From positions 51,088,001 through 51,152,000 of the forward strand of contig NC_091477.1 of assembly GCF_036971445.1 (NCBI RefSeq): a stretch of DNA of 64,000 nucleotides, read 5' to 3'. Position numbers and translations under genes: made by a program. Origin of the DNA: Narcine bancroftii (lineage: Eukaryota). Of this stretch, positions 50,871-64,000 are shown in pieces. The notes beneath the pieces were generated by a model. It did not search any database, was not told where the DNA came from, and saw nothing but the letters and a program-made list of their open reading frames with translations. Every line of letters starts with the position of its first letter. The first letter of the stretch is position 1.

Positions 50871-51089
50871 GAGCCTTTTATAATAATATATCCTTAAAAT
50901 CTGCAGCAAAAAAATATGCATTGTTTCAAACTTCATGCCCAAAACTTTGTTTTAACCCCTCCCCATCTCTAGCACCTCCTCTTGGCCTCGTGACAAGCAG
51001 AAAATACAGGAAATGCTCATCAGATCAAACAGCACTTCCTCGCAGAGACTGATATGTACTCCATTCTTCTTTCTTCATTGACGTGAAGT

Positions 51090-52930
51090 TACAGGACACA
51101 GCAGTGAAACAGCCTAACTTGACCAAGATGGCCAAGCCAATCACATTTACCTACATAGGGTCTATATCCCTAAATCTTGCCTTTCCTCATACATCTCTAA
51201 ATCTCTTTTATACACAAGTCTTTTGTACATTATAATTGTGCCCATTTCTACCATTTCCACTGGCATCTCATTCCACATACCAACCACTGTGTGAGAAGGT
51301 GCCTCTCAGGTCCCTTAAATCTTTCCCCTCTCACTTTAAACCTATATCCTCCAGTTTTAATTTCCTCTATCAGGCAGGAAAAAAAAAAGACCATGTCTAT
51401 TTGCCTTCTCTGTGCTCTGCATGATCTTGTATCCCTCTACAAGGTGAGCCCTCAGCCACTGAAGTTCCCCAGGCAAAAAAAGTCCCAACCTAACCAGTTT
51501 CTCCTTAAAACTCAAGCACCCCCAGATCTGTTAATATTCTTTTTTTCATACAATCTCTTCCAACACTAGTATAATATCCTGAGTACATTTTTTAATCCAC
51601 CCCCCTTGTCCTGATAAAACTAAGAATTAAGTCATATAAATTATACAGATATGAAAAACACAAACGACCCCTAAAGAAACCTAGGAATCTGTTTACAAAG
51701 TTTTGAATCTTTCCCCTGATCAGCTGAGCATTTCCTATAATTCTGACCTGCATTTCACAGCTTTTACACAACTATCTATTAATGCTATGGCCAAGAACGC
51801 AGACTAATGCTTCGGCTTCCTCACAATCCTAAGGAAATTAGGCACGTGCTCAATGTCCCTCACCAATTTTTATAGACGCACCATAGAAAGTATCCTGTCC
51901 AGATGCATTGGAGCTCGGTAAATGAACTGCTCTGCCCAATGTGTTAAGAAATGGAGAGAGTTGTGAATGCAGCTTCCCCCCATCAACTCCATTAGTCCTT
52001 TCATTGTCACAGGAATGTGGCCAACACACTAAAGGAGCCGTTCTACCCTGCTCAGGTCAATAAGCCTCCTGATTCAAGGGTAGTTTCTTTCCTGCTGTTA
52101 TAAGATTCTGAAGCAGATCTCTTGCTTTAAAAAAAGATGACAATTTGTACTGTTCAACTGCAGTTTACACTTTAAAGCTATATCCTGTGGTTTTATCTTG
52201 ACACATTATCCTGTGCTTTTATTTATGGTAACACTGCTCCTTGCACGATTGATTTTTTAATTCTTGCACTGCCTTTTGGACTATATATAGGCTGATTTGC
52301 CTGGATATCATGCAAAGCTAAGTTTTTCAATATGCCTTAGTACAGATGTACAATTCAGTTATCTTCTTTCATCTGGTTTATTGTTAAGAAATACAGTCAA
52401 GACAAACCAGAAGAACATAATAAATTGGAGCAGGGGTCAGCTACCTGGACCGTCGAGCCTGCTCTGCCATTCCGAAAGATCATGGCTGATCAGGCCGTGG
52501 ACTCAGCTCCACCTACTTGCCTTTACCCCCAAACCCTTCATTTCCTCACAATCCAACTACTAGCCTTAAACACGTTTAATGAGGCAACCTTTACTTTTTT
52601 CCCTTGGGTGCAGAATTCGACAGATTCACTTCACCCTGGGAAAAGTAATTTCTCCTCATTGTCATCCTAAATCTACTCCAAATCATCACACTTTGCCTCC
52701 TGATTCTAATCTCGACTCCCAGTGGAAACAAGTTTCCAGCCTCTACCTTATCTATCCCTTTTATAATTTTTTTTAGATTTCCATTAGATCCCCTGATCAT
52801 TCTTCTGAATTCCAGCAAGTATCATACCTGGTGACTCAACCTTTCCTCATTGGTAAACTCCTTTTCTCTGGAATGAACCTGGTGAACCATCATCTCCAAA
52901 GCCAGCCCATTGTTTCTCAAGGAAGGAGAC
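51090..52930. mobile_element. Decayed CR1 (minus; ~51090-51570 and ~52425-52930) and Rex-like (plus; ~51770-52345) fragments
   Basis: LEFRRM-IKGIDKVEAGNLFP; ttttatagacgcaccatagaaagtatcctgtcc. Confidence 0.6.
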
Positions 52931-53414
52931 TATTAGACTAACCACTAGGGCCAGGGGACACAGCTTTAAAACTTTAAGCAAAATATTCGGGTTTTGGGTG
53001 GGATGGGGGGTGGAAGACAGAAAAAGACAAAAACATTTAACAGAGTTATTGGAACTGGAATTCACTGCCTATCTGGATGGCGAAAACAGAATTGGTGCCA
53101 GGGTGGGGGACTCGAGAGAAAATAATTTGCAGGTTAATTTAAGTGTACCTTTGCTTTGTTAGTACATGCCCATTGGGCTGAGTAACCCCCAGCGGTAAAG
53201 TAACAATTGTGTAAAACTATGATGGTCCCAAATATGAAACATCCATGACCCAGTTGAGGAGCACCCTGGGCAGCAATGGGTGTATCACCCTTCATGATGA
53301 CAAGCTCTTGCAGACAACATTTGTTCTATGACTAAATAATGCCCCAGTGTTTGGAGTATATCACTCAATTCTAAATTTAAATTTTAAAATTTTTAATTTT
53401 TTTAATTAAAAATT

Positions 53415-53645
53415 TAAATTTAGGTATACAGCCCAATAACAGGCCATTTTGGCCCACGAGCCCGTGCCATCCAATTACACCCAATTGACCCTCAACCCCA
53501 CCCCCATACATTTTGAAGGGTAGGAGGAAACCGGAGCATCCAGAGAAAACCCACGCAGACACGAGGAGAACCTACAAACTCCTTACAGACAATGCGAAAT
53601 TCGAACCTGACACTGTAACAGCGCTGCGCTCACCACTGCACCATG
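53415..53645 (-). mobile_element. tRNA-derived SINE with AT-rich tail
   Basis: ggaaaccggagcatccagagaaaacccacgcagac core. Confidence 0.8.
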
Positions 53646-53649
53646 TCAG

Positions 53650-54165
53650 CCTGGCTTAATTTATTACAGGAAGGATGCAGGTGCGTTAGAGAGGGTGCAA
53701 AGGAGATTTATCAGGATTTTGCTTGGATTGGAGAATGTGTCATGTTGAAGCAAGTTTGACCGTGCTAGAGCTTTTCTCCTTGGAACGACAGAGGATGAGA
53801 TGTGACTTTATAGAGGTATAGAAGGTTATGAGGGCCTTATCTAGGATGGTCAGCCAGCAACTTTTTCCCTAGGGTGACAACAGCAAATACCAGAGGACAT
53901 ATGTTAAAGTTGAGTAGAAGAAAGTTTAGGGGAGAGGTCAGAGGCAAGTCTTTTTTTAAAAAACTCAGAAGAAAGTGCTGCGTGCCTGGGATGCATTGTC
54001 AGGGGTGGTGGTGGAGGCTGGTACAATAGGGACATTCAGAAGCCTCTTAGGATATGTATATGGATGCAAGAAAAATAATAGGTGTGGGGTAGGGAGGAAG
54101 CAGTCTTACCTGAATCAGCACAAAATCATGGGCAGAATAGCTTGAACTATAATATTCTATGCTCT
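53650..54165 (+). mobile_element. CR1 3' end
   Basis: gagagggtgcaaaggagatttatcagg; accagaggacat; CR1 tail. Confidence 0.75.
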
Positions 54166-54819
54166 GTGCTTGAGTCTGTTTGGGGCACTTGGGTCACTCT
54201 GCCCCAATGCTCGCTAGCAATCTAAAATAATCCTATTAAATCCTTGCAAAAATTTTAAAAATGCTTTTAAATATGCTGTCACCTGATACATTGCAAGCAT
54301 TAGGTATGTAGCCTTTGGGCTTCACAGATATTCAGGCTCCTTGTTCTACCCTGTTAATGCCTTACCCATGGGGCCAATAAATGCTTTGTTTGACAAGAAT
54401 CACCGTCAAGGAAAATGAGATGGCAGGGTGGCAACTCCCGTGCTGTTCTCAAAGTGAAATGAAAAGGATTGGGCGAGATGGGTCTACCCTCTCTGCACAA
54501 AGACTGCGGCTCTCTGCTGTTCGCTCACCTCAGGGTGCAGCACTAGTCAGTAACCCGATATCCTGCTATATCCGGCCACATTACGTATAATCAGATCACT
54601 GTTCTACTCGCTGTGTGTTTTTAAATTAAAACCTCAAGTCTACAGACTTCAAATAAAAATTAATTAAAACCAATAGAATAGGGCAAGCTGAAGTGGAAGT
54701 GGACGAGTCTAAATCTTTTCGTAATAATCTACTCAGTGTCTGTCAGTGACATGAGTGAGTAGAGGGGGGGGACATGGATGGGGGTGCAGAGTGTCAGAGA
54801 CAGTGCTGTGAGCAGACCA

Positions 54820-54898
54820 TCTTCTTCTTCTTCTTTGGCTTGGCTTCGCGGACGAAGATTTATGGAGGGGGTAAAATGTCCACGTCAGCTGCAGGCTC
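54820..54898 (-). mobile_element. Extremely 5'-truncated RTE-type LINE tail
   Basis: Minus strand cctccataaatcttcgtccgcgaagccaagccaaa(GAA)n. Confidence 0.55.
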
Positions 54899-55333
54899 TG
54901 ACCTCAGAGTGTACACAAGTGTGTGAGCCTGTGACAAGGCGTGATCCAGTTTGGATTGGAGTGCAATTTTACCTCAAAAGGTAACCCAATGCAGGTTACC
55001 TGGCTGCTGTGCTATGCTACAGGCTAGTCAACAATTTTATTTGCATAAAACTTCATTCGTGTAGCTGCTGAACATAGTCTCCTTGTTCCTTTTTTTATAT
55101 ACAGAGTATTCTTGGTAACTGGTGCTGTTATACAGCAGGTTCCATCACCAAAGTTGTGAAATGATATATAGGCTTTTCAGAAGAATTTGCAGTTTACCTT
55201 AGTGTGGATAAGCTGCCAAGTCGGGATGAACTACGGGGTCTGGGTTCATTGGGTCGGGGTGGGGGCAGGGGAAAGAGTCACCAGGTCAGGACACACTGTG
55301 GAGGGCGATCAAGGAGCACCAGGCCCTGATATA

Positions 55334-55715
55334 CAGTACAACTCCAATTATCTGAAAAGGTCGGGACTGGGCCCATTTCAGATAAACAGTAATTTTTTTT
55401 GGAGAACCTGTCATTTTGTCAAAACCAACCATGTAACAACAGCAAATCACTTGTAACAGTGTTTAAACAACAGCAAACAACAAGGGAAGGATCTTTTAAG
55501 CATTAAAATAATGTTTAATTGTCACCCAAAAAAAAACTGCTGGCCACCGCCGATCACTGACACCTCCCCGCTGAGGCCCCGCTCGCTGACAGCCCGAGGG
55601 TCCCACTGCTGTCAGTGCTGGGAGCCTGCGGTCCCTGGTCAGTTTGGCTCCGAAAAGATTTTGGATAACTGAGTATTTAGGAGAATTCGATTTTGGATAA
55701 TATGATTTGTGCTAC
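55334..55715. mobile_element. TcMar-type MITE (right end degenerate)
   Basis: TA-cagtacaactccaattatctgaaa; repeated ttttggataa near right end. Confidence 0.55.
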
Positions 55716-56701
55716 ATTAACACCTGAAGCAGGAGCCTGAGGCTATCAAAAAATTAATTTTTGCTGTGATTGATGATATTTTGTCAATAACATTTTGGAA
55801 AGCCTGCCTTTGAAAGTTTCCTGCAGTACACAACACTTCTTGCCAGCTTAGCCAGAGGCAATGACAAATACCTCAGCATTTGGAAAGTTCAAAGTGATCC
55901 AGGGAGTGAGGTTACAATTAAAACAACCTTTGCCGCCACTGGGATTAACGACTGAAGAAGTGAACATCATTCACTGATCCTGTCCTGATTTAGACATGGG
56001 CCTTTATTCTGGCCATTAATTTTGACATTGTTTATCTTTCTTGAGCTCTTGCACACATGCTCAGAATCTTGACAGTGCAAGGGGGGGGGGGAAGGAATGG
56101 GGGGTGGGGGGATGAGAGGAGGAGAAGCGCAAACACACAGGCTTCCTGCATCCTCTTCATTGGCTACAGCTGTGTATCAGCAGCTGTATCCAGGGAGCCA
56201 AAATTTCGGAGCAGTAAATCCAGCACTGTCATTTCTCAGGATCCCTTCCTCATCTTTGATTGTAGACGCAGCCACCCTCAATTCGGGAGCTCAGTTGGCA
56301 AGAGAGGGAGGTCCTCGCCCAACCCTCAACCACTGCTGGATGAATTTAATACAATTTTAATTTAGAGATAAACATGGTGGTAGACCCTTCCAGCTCATGA
56401 GCGCGTGCTACCCAAATACACCCATGAGGCCAATTAACCTACTCACCTTGCATGTCATTAGAATGTAGGAGGAATCCAGTGTGCCTGGAGGAAAACTACA
56501 AAGACACTGGGGAGAATATACAAACTCCTCACAGACAGTGGTGGATTCGAACCTGGGTCAAGAGCTCAGTTGGCACAGCGCAACACACAAAATTGCTGGA
56601 GAAACTCAGCAGATCATGCAACCCCTATAGAAAGTAAATGGTCATCCTTGGTTTGGGTTTGCGCAGGGTCAAGCTAGGCTTGTGGGCCTGTTTCCATTGA
56701 A

Positions 56702-57627
56702 GGGGATGGAGGGAGAGAGGGGGGGAGGGAGAGAGGGGGGGAGGGAGAGAGGGGGGGAGGGAGAGAGGGGGGGAGGGAGAGAGGGGGGGAGGGAGAGAGG
56801 GGNNNNNNNNNNNNNNNNNNNNNNNNNNNNNNNNNNNNNNNNNNNNNNNNNNNNNNNNNNNNNNNNNNNNNNNNNNNNNNNNNNNNNNNNNNNNNNNNNN
56901 NNNNNNNNNNNNNNNNNNNNNNNNNNNNNNNNNNNNNNNNNNNNNNNNNNNNNNNNNNNNNNNNNNNNNNNNNNNNNNNNNNNNNNNNNNNNNNNNNNNN
57001 NNNNNNNNNNNNNNNNNNNNNNNNNNNNNNNNNNNNNNNNNNNNNNNNNNNNNNNNNNNNNNNNNNNNNNNNNNNNNNNNNNNNNNNNNNNNNNNNNNNN
57101 NNNNNNNNNNNNNNNNNNNNNNNNNNNNNNNNNNNNNNNNNNNNNNNNNNNNNNNNNNNNNNNNNNNNNNNNNNNNNNNNNNNNNNNNNNNNNNNNNNNN
57201 NNNNNNNNNNNNNNNNNNNNNNNNNNNNNNNNNNNNNNNNNNNNNNNNNNNNNNNNNNNNNNNNNNNNNNNNNNNNNNNNNNNNNNNNNNNNNNNNNNNN
57301 NNNNNNNNNNNNNNNNNNNNNNNNNNNNNNNNNNNNNNNNNNNNNNNNNNNNNNNNNNNNNNNNNNNNNNNNNNNNNNNNNNNNNNNNNNNNNNNNNNNN
57401 NNNNNNNNNNNNNNNNNNNNNGAGAGGGGGGAGGAGAGAGGGGGAGGAGAGAGGGGGAGGAGAGAGGGGGGAGGAGAGAGGGGGGAGGAGAGAGGGGGGA
57501 GGAGAGAGGGGGGAGGAGAGAGGGGGGAGGAGAGAGGGGGGAGGAGAGAGGGGGGAGGAGAGAGGGGGGAGGAGAGAGGGGGGAGGGGAGAGGGGGGAGG
57601 GGAGAGGGGGAGGGAGGGAGGAGGAGG
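56702..57627. repeat. Polypurine tandem repeat (units such as GGAGAGAGGGGGGA) spanning an assembly gap (N 56803-57421)
   Basis: Direct reading of sequence. Confidence 0.95.
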
Positions 57628-58536
57628 GCAGTTGGAGCCAAGAGGTCATGTGAAAGATAGACATTCATGACTGGCATCTCATTCAATAATGTAGTCATGA
57701 CAAAATACGTTCATTAGTTCACTGCACCCACTGGCATCACTGACAATTCTCCACATGGGGCAATGGTTTGGGCTCTGTTCACCACTCCATTGCCATTTCC
57801 AAAGTTGGGCAATGGGCTGTGGTTTAGTTTCTGCCCCCTCCCCAACTGCTCATCTCCAAGTGGGGCAATGGGCTATGGCTCAGGTCCCGCTCCCCACTCC
57901 AGCTGTCGAAGCAGACCACTCCAAGGCACCACACCCCAGTCCTGACATGACACACCAGATTGGCTCTCAAAGTGCTCCAGCATTCGGATCCATGGGCCTC
58001 AAAAGGGCTATTCAATGGCTGATGGAAAGTTGTTTTAGGAGCGGAGCCTTTACCTGCACTATTCCACAAACTGAGAGGGTCCTGGGAAAATTCAGGAGGC
58101 CACAGCCATCAGCAGGTATTTTCTGACAGCTGACATCATGTGAGGTGGAGAAACAACACATGGCCAATTCATTGAATGATCTTGGGTCACAGGGTATTTA
58201 TTCATCGTCCAATGAACGAACAATAACGAGTTTAATGTTATACATATCGCACAATGCTCTGAGATCCTTGCTTGCTGTGTTTTTTTTGCTGTGCTGTGCT
58301 GTGCTATTTCATGGAAAAATGCTGACTTATACACAAAGTGCAACACTCCAGTCAGGTGAATGCAGTGAGACAACATCACATCCTCCATCCTTGCAGTTCA
58401 TCTAAACCCGAAACAACAATAACCTGCATTTAATGGTGCCACTAGCCCAGACACAACAAAGCAATCTAATCAGACAACCCCCCACATTGGTTGTAAGTGA
58501 ACAATAAATTAACGATCGTGGAATTTTAAAGGAGAG

Positions 58537-58959
58537 TTTAGCGGCTGCTACCGCTGGAGAGGTTACGCTCAAAGAAGAGACACATACTACGGGAGTGAAT
58601 TCAACACTGCTTTACTATCCTGGCAGCTCTGCTTATAAAGGGCTCAGAAGCCCATCTCTAACATCATCACACCACTCGACTGGCAGCATTATGATCCGCT
58701 TCCTGGGATTGGCTGTTTAGCACTATCTGGGGAGCGGCCAATCAATGAGCCGCCCTCATCCCTAGGTGTGGCTGCTTCCCTAACTCAACCCGATTGGCCG
58801 CAGCTGGCCAGCCAATCGGGAGAGGGGTGCTGTAGCCACACGCTGCTGAGTCGAGTGCCAACTTCGTAGTGCGTAGCCCGTCTCGGCCGATGGTGTAGGC
58901 TGCGGGCTCCTGGTGTTGGGTCACTGCTTCAAACATGGCGTAGTTGGCGGCCCGGTACA
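58537..58959 (-). mobile_element. Probable solo LTR ~125 bp into the intron from the DPYSL3 donor
   Basis: TGTACC start on minus; several CCAAT/ATTGG boxes; ttataag; AGTAAA; similar architecture to 7284-7674; no clear TSD. Confidence 0.55.
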
Positions 58960-59083
58960 AAGGATCATTAATCTCTTCTCCTACTTTAACAGTATTCTGG
59001 AGAGCACAATCTACATGGCTGCCTCTGTGACAGGGCCGACTACACTATTCGAAGGCTAGCCCCAAGAACCCCAGGCAACTTAC

Positions 59084-59263
59084 CTGTTTGCGTGCTTTGA
59101 TGCGCTTGTGTACGTAGTCTGAGAAGGGCTTACACGGGACAAAGCGGCCATTTCCTGGAGTGACGTGCAGGTTTCCATCTTCCAGAACAATCTTTCCCTG
59201 GCTAATGACAACAACGGGAGCCCCGCACAACTCTGTCCCTTCGAAGATATTGTACTCGGCAGC
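59084..59263 (-). CDS. DPYSL3: DPYSL3/CRMP4 antepenultimate coding exon: [60 protein letters not shown]
   Basis: Acceptor cattcag, donor CAG|gtaagt; 180 nt, phase 0-0; AAEYNIFEG and PCxPFSDYV are DPYSL3-type among CRMPs. Confidence 0.93.
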
Positions 59264-59759
59264 CTGAATGTTGGGTGGGGAGAAGATAAGGAGCAAAAGG
59301 GAACAATTAATGGAGATTGATACAAAACAACGTCCACAGAGGAAAAAAAATTCAAAGGCAAAAAATCTTAATTTAAAATTGGAATTAAAATGTTTTTCTT
59401 CAATGTTATCTCAACTATCAAGGTTTTTGACTAACAGTGGAAAATGAAGACAGGAAATTCCAAGGGATGTTTAATTGGAGACTGACATAAATACTGCCTC
59501 TTTTACACTGAAGTCAAAGTGGGTCCTGTTGGGTTCATTTGAGCAAACAGGTAGAATGGAGAATCAAAAAAAAAAACAAGGCTTTTAAACCAGTTATAAA
59601 AACAAAAATGCTGAAACGCTTACTGACATTCGGTTGAAAAGCTTCAGCCAAACTTAGAAAATTGCTCCAAATTACAGCATTTTCTTTTTGTGTCTCCATG
59701 TTGCAAACTAAACCTGACATTTCCCTTTTCCGTCCCCAACCCCAGAATGAGGGATCGTT

Positions 59760-60545
59760 TTTTATTTTATTTTTTTTAAATTTAATACTTCACTGTGAAC
59801 TACTTCAATAACAACATATACAAATATGCACAGTGATATCTTCCCCCTTTTTCCCACCCTCCCCACCCCTTATAACATAAAGCAAAAATAAATAAACAAT
59901 AAAATACAAAAGTGAAAAAAAATAGTGTCGTCCTAAATTCCATAATTAAATATTTTAGTACTTGTAGCTTATCATTTTAAGAGATGGAGGTCTGAAATCG
60001 GTGGTTTCTAGTATACTCTATGTCTGGCTCCCAAATTTGTTCAAGTATATTGTCTTTTAGATTGTAGGTAATTTTTTTCTAATGGAATACACTTGCTCAT
60101 TTCTATGTACAGTGAAACCTTGATAGAACGCAATTAGTTAATCTGCGGAATCGTTTGATGTCTGTGGACCCCACACATTGATTTTAGGATGCCAGGCTAA
60201 CAGTGGAGAACAGCCACAAACTCATAAATGGACACTTGTGACTCATTTACAAGATGTGTATGTTAATATGTGGAGTTTAAAGATCTTATTGTAGGGTTTG
60301 AGTCACAGTATTCAGTTTTCCTGCTTCCTGAATCATGACATATGTGCATCTGTTCCGCAACTCGGCTGTAACGCGGTATGATATCTTGGAACCCAACTAT
60401 CGCATTGTAATGAGATTTTACTGCACCATTGTTGTATTTGTAGGGTTGCCTCCTTTTGCTAAGTTAGTTATCAGGATCATTGACCTGAAAGTGGTAATAC
60501 TTCCTCTTTTCACAGTTGCTATCTGACACTAATAATTCCTAGTTA
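59760..60545 (-). mobile_element. L1/Tx1-clade LINE 3' end interrupted by a TcMar MITE (60110-60423)
   Basis: EMSKCIPLEK.ITYNLKD..EQIWEP on minus; A-rich tail; MITE TIRs cagtgaaaccttgatag / gtaatgagattttactg. Confidence 0.65.
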
Positions 60546-60749
60546 TCATCTAGGGGGTTTATAAAAGTCAAGAATTAGACAGATTTGATACAGTCTTCCG
60601 AATGAAATCAAAACTGGGTGGTGCTTAAGCAAACCTAGAGAAAGAGCTCGCGTCTTGGACTCAGGGCGGGCAGAGTAGACCTGGAAGGGTGATGGACCAG
60701 CGGACAGGGTAGCAATGGGCAGAATGAAGGGACAGCAAACCGAGCCTTG

Positions 60750-61085
60750 CAAAACTGTGCTGGAGAAACTCAGCAGGTTGCACAACATCCAGAGGAAGTA
60801 AATGGTAACCAGTATTTTGAGCCTGGGCCCTTCTTCAGGGTATGATGAAAAAACCGGAATAAAAATGTGGGGGGGGGGGGGGGTGGTATGAGAGGGGAGA
60901 AGCACAGGCCAACAGGTCATGGGTGAATATGGGTGGGAGGGTGGAAGAGAAAAATCTAAGGTGATGGGGAAGGGGTCTTTTCTTCATACCCTGACCAAGG
61001 TCTCTATCTCAGTACTTTGGATACCCTTTACTTCCTCTGGAAGCTGTGTGGCCTGCCGGGTTTCTCCACCATATTTGTGTATTAC
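60750..61085. mobile_element. Penelope-derived inverted-terminal-repeat element
   Basis: Inverted arms gctggagaaactcagcagg...ttcttcagggtatga / tcataccctga...gggtttctccacc. Confidence 0.65.
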
Positions 61086-61654
61086 TCAGTTTGTTGTCCC
61101 TTGGAATGGAGAGGGAAAAGGGATGGGATAGGGAAAGGAAATAGATGGATAGGGAAAGAGAAGGACTCGTATGGAGTACAAGGTTCTACTCCTCCAGTTT
61201 GCAGGCAATGCACTAGGCCATGGACAGATATATCAGGGTGGGAGGCGAGCAATGCCTTACAGTAACCTGGTGGAGTGTAGCAGGGAGAGCTGGATAATTG
61301 GAGGGGAAACTGGGCAGCGAGCAGGGCCTGTGCCTCGAGGTGGGGGGAGGAAAATGGGGTGCAGGGCCAATGCAATAGGTAGGGTGAAGGCAGCTGAGTG
61401 AACACACCAGGCCAAGAGAAAGGTGAAAGTGGAACGGGAATGATGGGACAATGAACCGAGGGAATACCACTCAGCGATCTATCACAGGGTGAATGGAAGT
61501 GAGCCTTGAAATGTGAAGAGGGTGCAGACATGGTGGGGTGAAGCAGAATTGATGGATGGGTGTATGCTGTATGCTCAGTGATGATACGGACAGGGGCAGC
61601 AAGGATATGGGGGACCCATTCTGTGCTGTTTGATGTGATGACCACCACCAAGTA

Positions 61655-62930
61655 TCGCATAGAACAATATGGCACAGTACCGGCCCTTCAGCCCTCGATG
61701 TTGTGCCAACCTATATATTCCTACCATAAAAAATCTAAAACCTTCTTACCTCTTAACTTTCAGTTTTTCTTTCATTCATGTGTCTGAGTCTCTTAAATGC
61801 CCCTAATGCTCCAGCCTCAAGCACCACCCCTGGAAAGGCATTCCAGGCACCCAAAACTCTGTGTAAAAAAAACACTTCCCCTGATGTGTCCGCTAAACTT
61901 TCCTCCATTCACTTTGTAGCCTCTCAATCTTGTAGACCTCTATTCAGTCTTGGCTCCAAAGAGAAAAGTCCCAGCTCTGCTAACCTTGCCTCATAGACTA
62001 ATTTTCCAAACCAGGCAACATCCTGGTAAATCTCCTCTGCCCCTCTCCATAGCTTCCACCTCCTTCCTATAATGAAGTGACCAGAACTGAACAAAATACT
62101 CTAAGTGTGATCTCACCAGAGATTTGTAGAGTTGCAATATGACCTCTCGAGTCTTGAACTCAATCCCTCATTAATGAAGCCCAGTATCCCATGGGCCTTC
62201 TTAATTATCCTATCAACTTGTGCAGTGACCTTGAGAGATATATAGATTTAGAAGCCAAGGTAACTTGCTCTACATTGTTAAGTATCCGACCATTAACCCT
62301 GTCCTCAACCTTCTCGTTTGTCCTTCCAAAATGCATTACCTCATACTTATCCGGATTGAACTCCCTCTGCAACTTTCCTGAATCATGCCTGTATCCTTTT
62401 GTAACCTCTGACAACCTTCAGCACTACCCACAATTGCTCCAACCTTCATATCATCTGCAAACTTACTGACTCATCCATTCACTTCTTCATCTAGATCATT
62501 AACGAATCCCTGCAGAACTCCACTCATCACTGAACTCCAGAAACCTTTCCATCTCCATGCAAGGCTCTGTGGATCCCATGTCTCATTACTTTCTGAATGT
62601 CTCTCATGGGGGACCTTGTCAAATGCCTTGCTAAATTCCATATGGACCACATCTACCACCCTACCTTCATCAATTTCTTTTGTTACCTCCACAAAAAAAA
62701 AACTCAATTAGGCTTATGAAGCATGACCTTCCCCTCACAAAAACCATACCGACTACCTTTGAGTAGACTGCACTTCTACAAATGCTCATAAATCCTATCC
62801 TTAAGAATCCTCTTGAATAGTTTGCACACCACTGATGCAAGTCTATAATGACCAGGATTCTCCCAATTACCTTTTGTTAAAAAACAAAAGGACCACATTT
62901 TCCATTCTGCAATCCTCTGGCACCTCTCTT
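61655..62930 (-). mobile_element. CR1 LINE RT and 3' end, decayed
   Basis: FVEVTKEIDEGRVVDVVHMEFSKAFDKVPH; REFNPDKYEVMHFGR. Confidence 0.85.
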
Positions 62931-64000
62931 GACAAAACTTCTTTAAACTAGGATGGGAGAGATATGGAGGCTACTGTCTGGGTGCAGATCAATGGGACCA
63001 GGCATTATAGTAGTTTGGTACTGACTAGCTGTTTCTCTGCTGTGGTGTTCAACGGTTCTGTGGTTCTAGCCTTCCCTTTGCGTGGGCGAGAAAGGCACAG
63101 TCACTTTGACTGACCACTGGCCATGATCGTGTTACAGGGTGGGCCAAGCCAAAGCCAACACATTGCTGCCAAAGCTAGAACAGGTTCAGAACCAGCAAGG
63201 AACTCAGACTACAGTTAGGAAATGGGACATCACTGAAATAACAGCAAGACCTGTCGCAAAAAGATGGATTCTTTGCAAGGAATGTAAACACCCAGTGGGC
63301 AGAGCCTGATCAGCAGGGGTTGGTTGGTCCTTAAAAGAAATGGTTTACACGGCAATAAAATCATCTGAAGTAGATTCAAAGTTCAAAGTTGTTCCCATAC
63401 AGCAGTGAAAGGTCAACATTTGAGCCCTGGTTTGAAATTACTGCAGCTGCAAATTTTCCCCTCAGCTTCTCTGAAAGGGGCTGCAGAAGAATCAAGAACT
63501 TACATCATCTGCTTTGTTATTCCCAGCTAACACAAACTAGCTCAAAAAAGCAGCAATGATGACAGGCTGAGGAATGAGCAGTGCAAAGCGGCGGGTTAGG
63601 GAGAAAAATCAAGTCACACAAAAAAATTAGGCTCAAATTCCACTCAGCCAGTTCCCGGTCGTTGCTCTCCAAGTTGAGAACGTGGGTCAGTTCACGTACA
63701 CCCTCAATGCAGCTGTCCGCTCATACTCTGAGTGCCCTCGAGGGTAAAGCACTTGAAGCTTGACTAGGATCATGGGAAATGAGGAAATGTGAAGAGAAGG
63801 CCAGAGTAAACGACAGCCAAGATTCCTGAACCCTCCTGGCAGGCAACCAGAAATCTCCACGAGGACTGTTCACTGAACAATATAGGGCTGTATGAGTGGA
63901 TGGTAAACAACTCGGTATGGGGAGTGGAGGGGGGGGGGGGGGAAGAGGGAAGAGAGAAAGAGTCTTTAAACAAGATGAAAACAAAGTGGAATTTAACTGT

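Noticed and set aside
56625-57698. Long Pro/Ser/Leu- or Gly/Glu/Arg-rich ORFs (323-357 aa)
   Set aside because: Artefacts of a simple purine repeat and an N gap

Overview
Eukaryotic, repeat-rich vertebrate DNA. The repeat families (tRNA-derived V-SINE/HE1-like SINEs, CR1, Rex1/Babar-like LINEs, Penelope-like elements) point to a cartilaginous fish; this is an inference. The main gene is DPYSL3 (CRMP4) on the minus strand. Its last three coding exons (59263-59084, 29867-29708, 24347-24259) splice in frame with canonical GT-AG sites, followed by a probable ~3.7 kb 3'UTR ending near an AATAAA at 20574-20579. At the left edge is a candidate plus-strand terminal exon (84-248) encoding a cytoplasmic tail with ITSM/ITIM-like tyrosine motifs. 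Most of the rest is nested, decayed transposons: Gypsy elements and solo LTRs with target-site duplications (TSDs), a Tigger/pogo relic, TcMar and hAT MITEs, a near-full-length CR1, Penelope relics with degenerate hammerhead-like motifs, and a 5S-rRNA-derived SINE. The least routine observations are: (i) a composite hAT 'MITE-spacer-MITE' unit present twice, once with a perfect outer 8-bp TSD; (ii) a fold-back plus templated-insertion scar inside a LINE; (iii) Penelope fold-back mini-elements; (iv) a solo LTR carrying a tandem double-E-box array; (v) an immune-receptor-like exon where STK32A lies in human. No prokaryotic features or CRISPR arrays are present. Nearly all listed ORFs are TE debris or chance frames. 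Repeat family names come from recalled motifs, not searches, and boundaries without a TSD are approximate.
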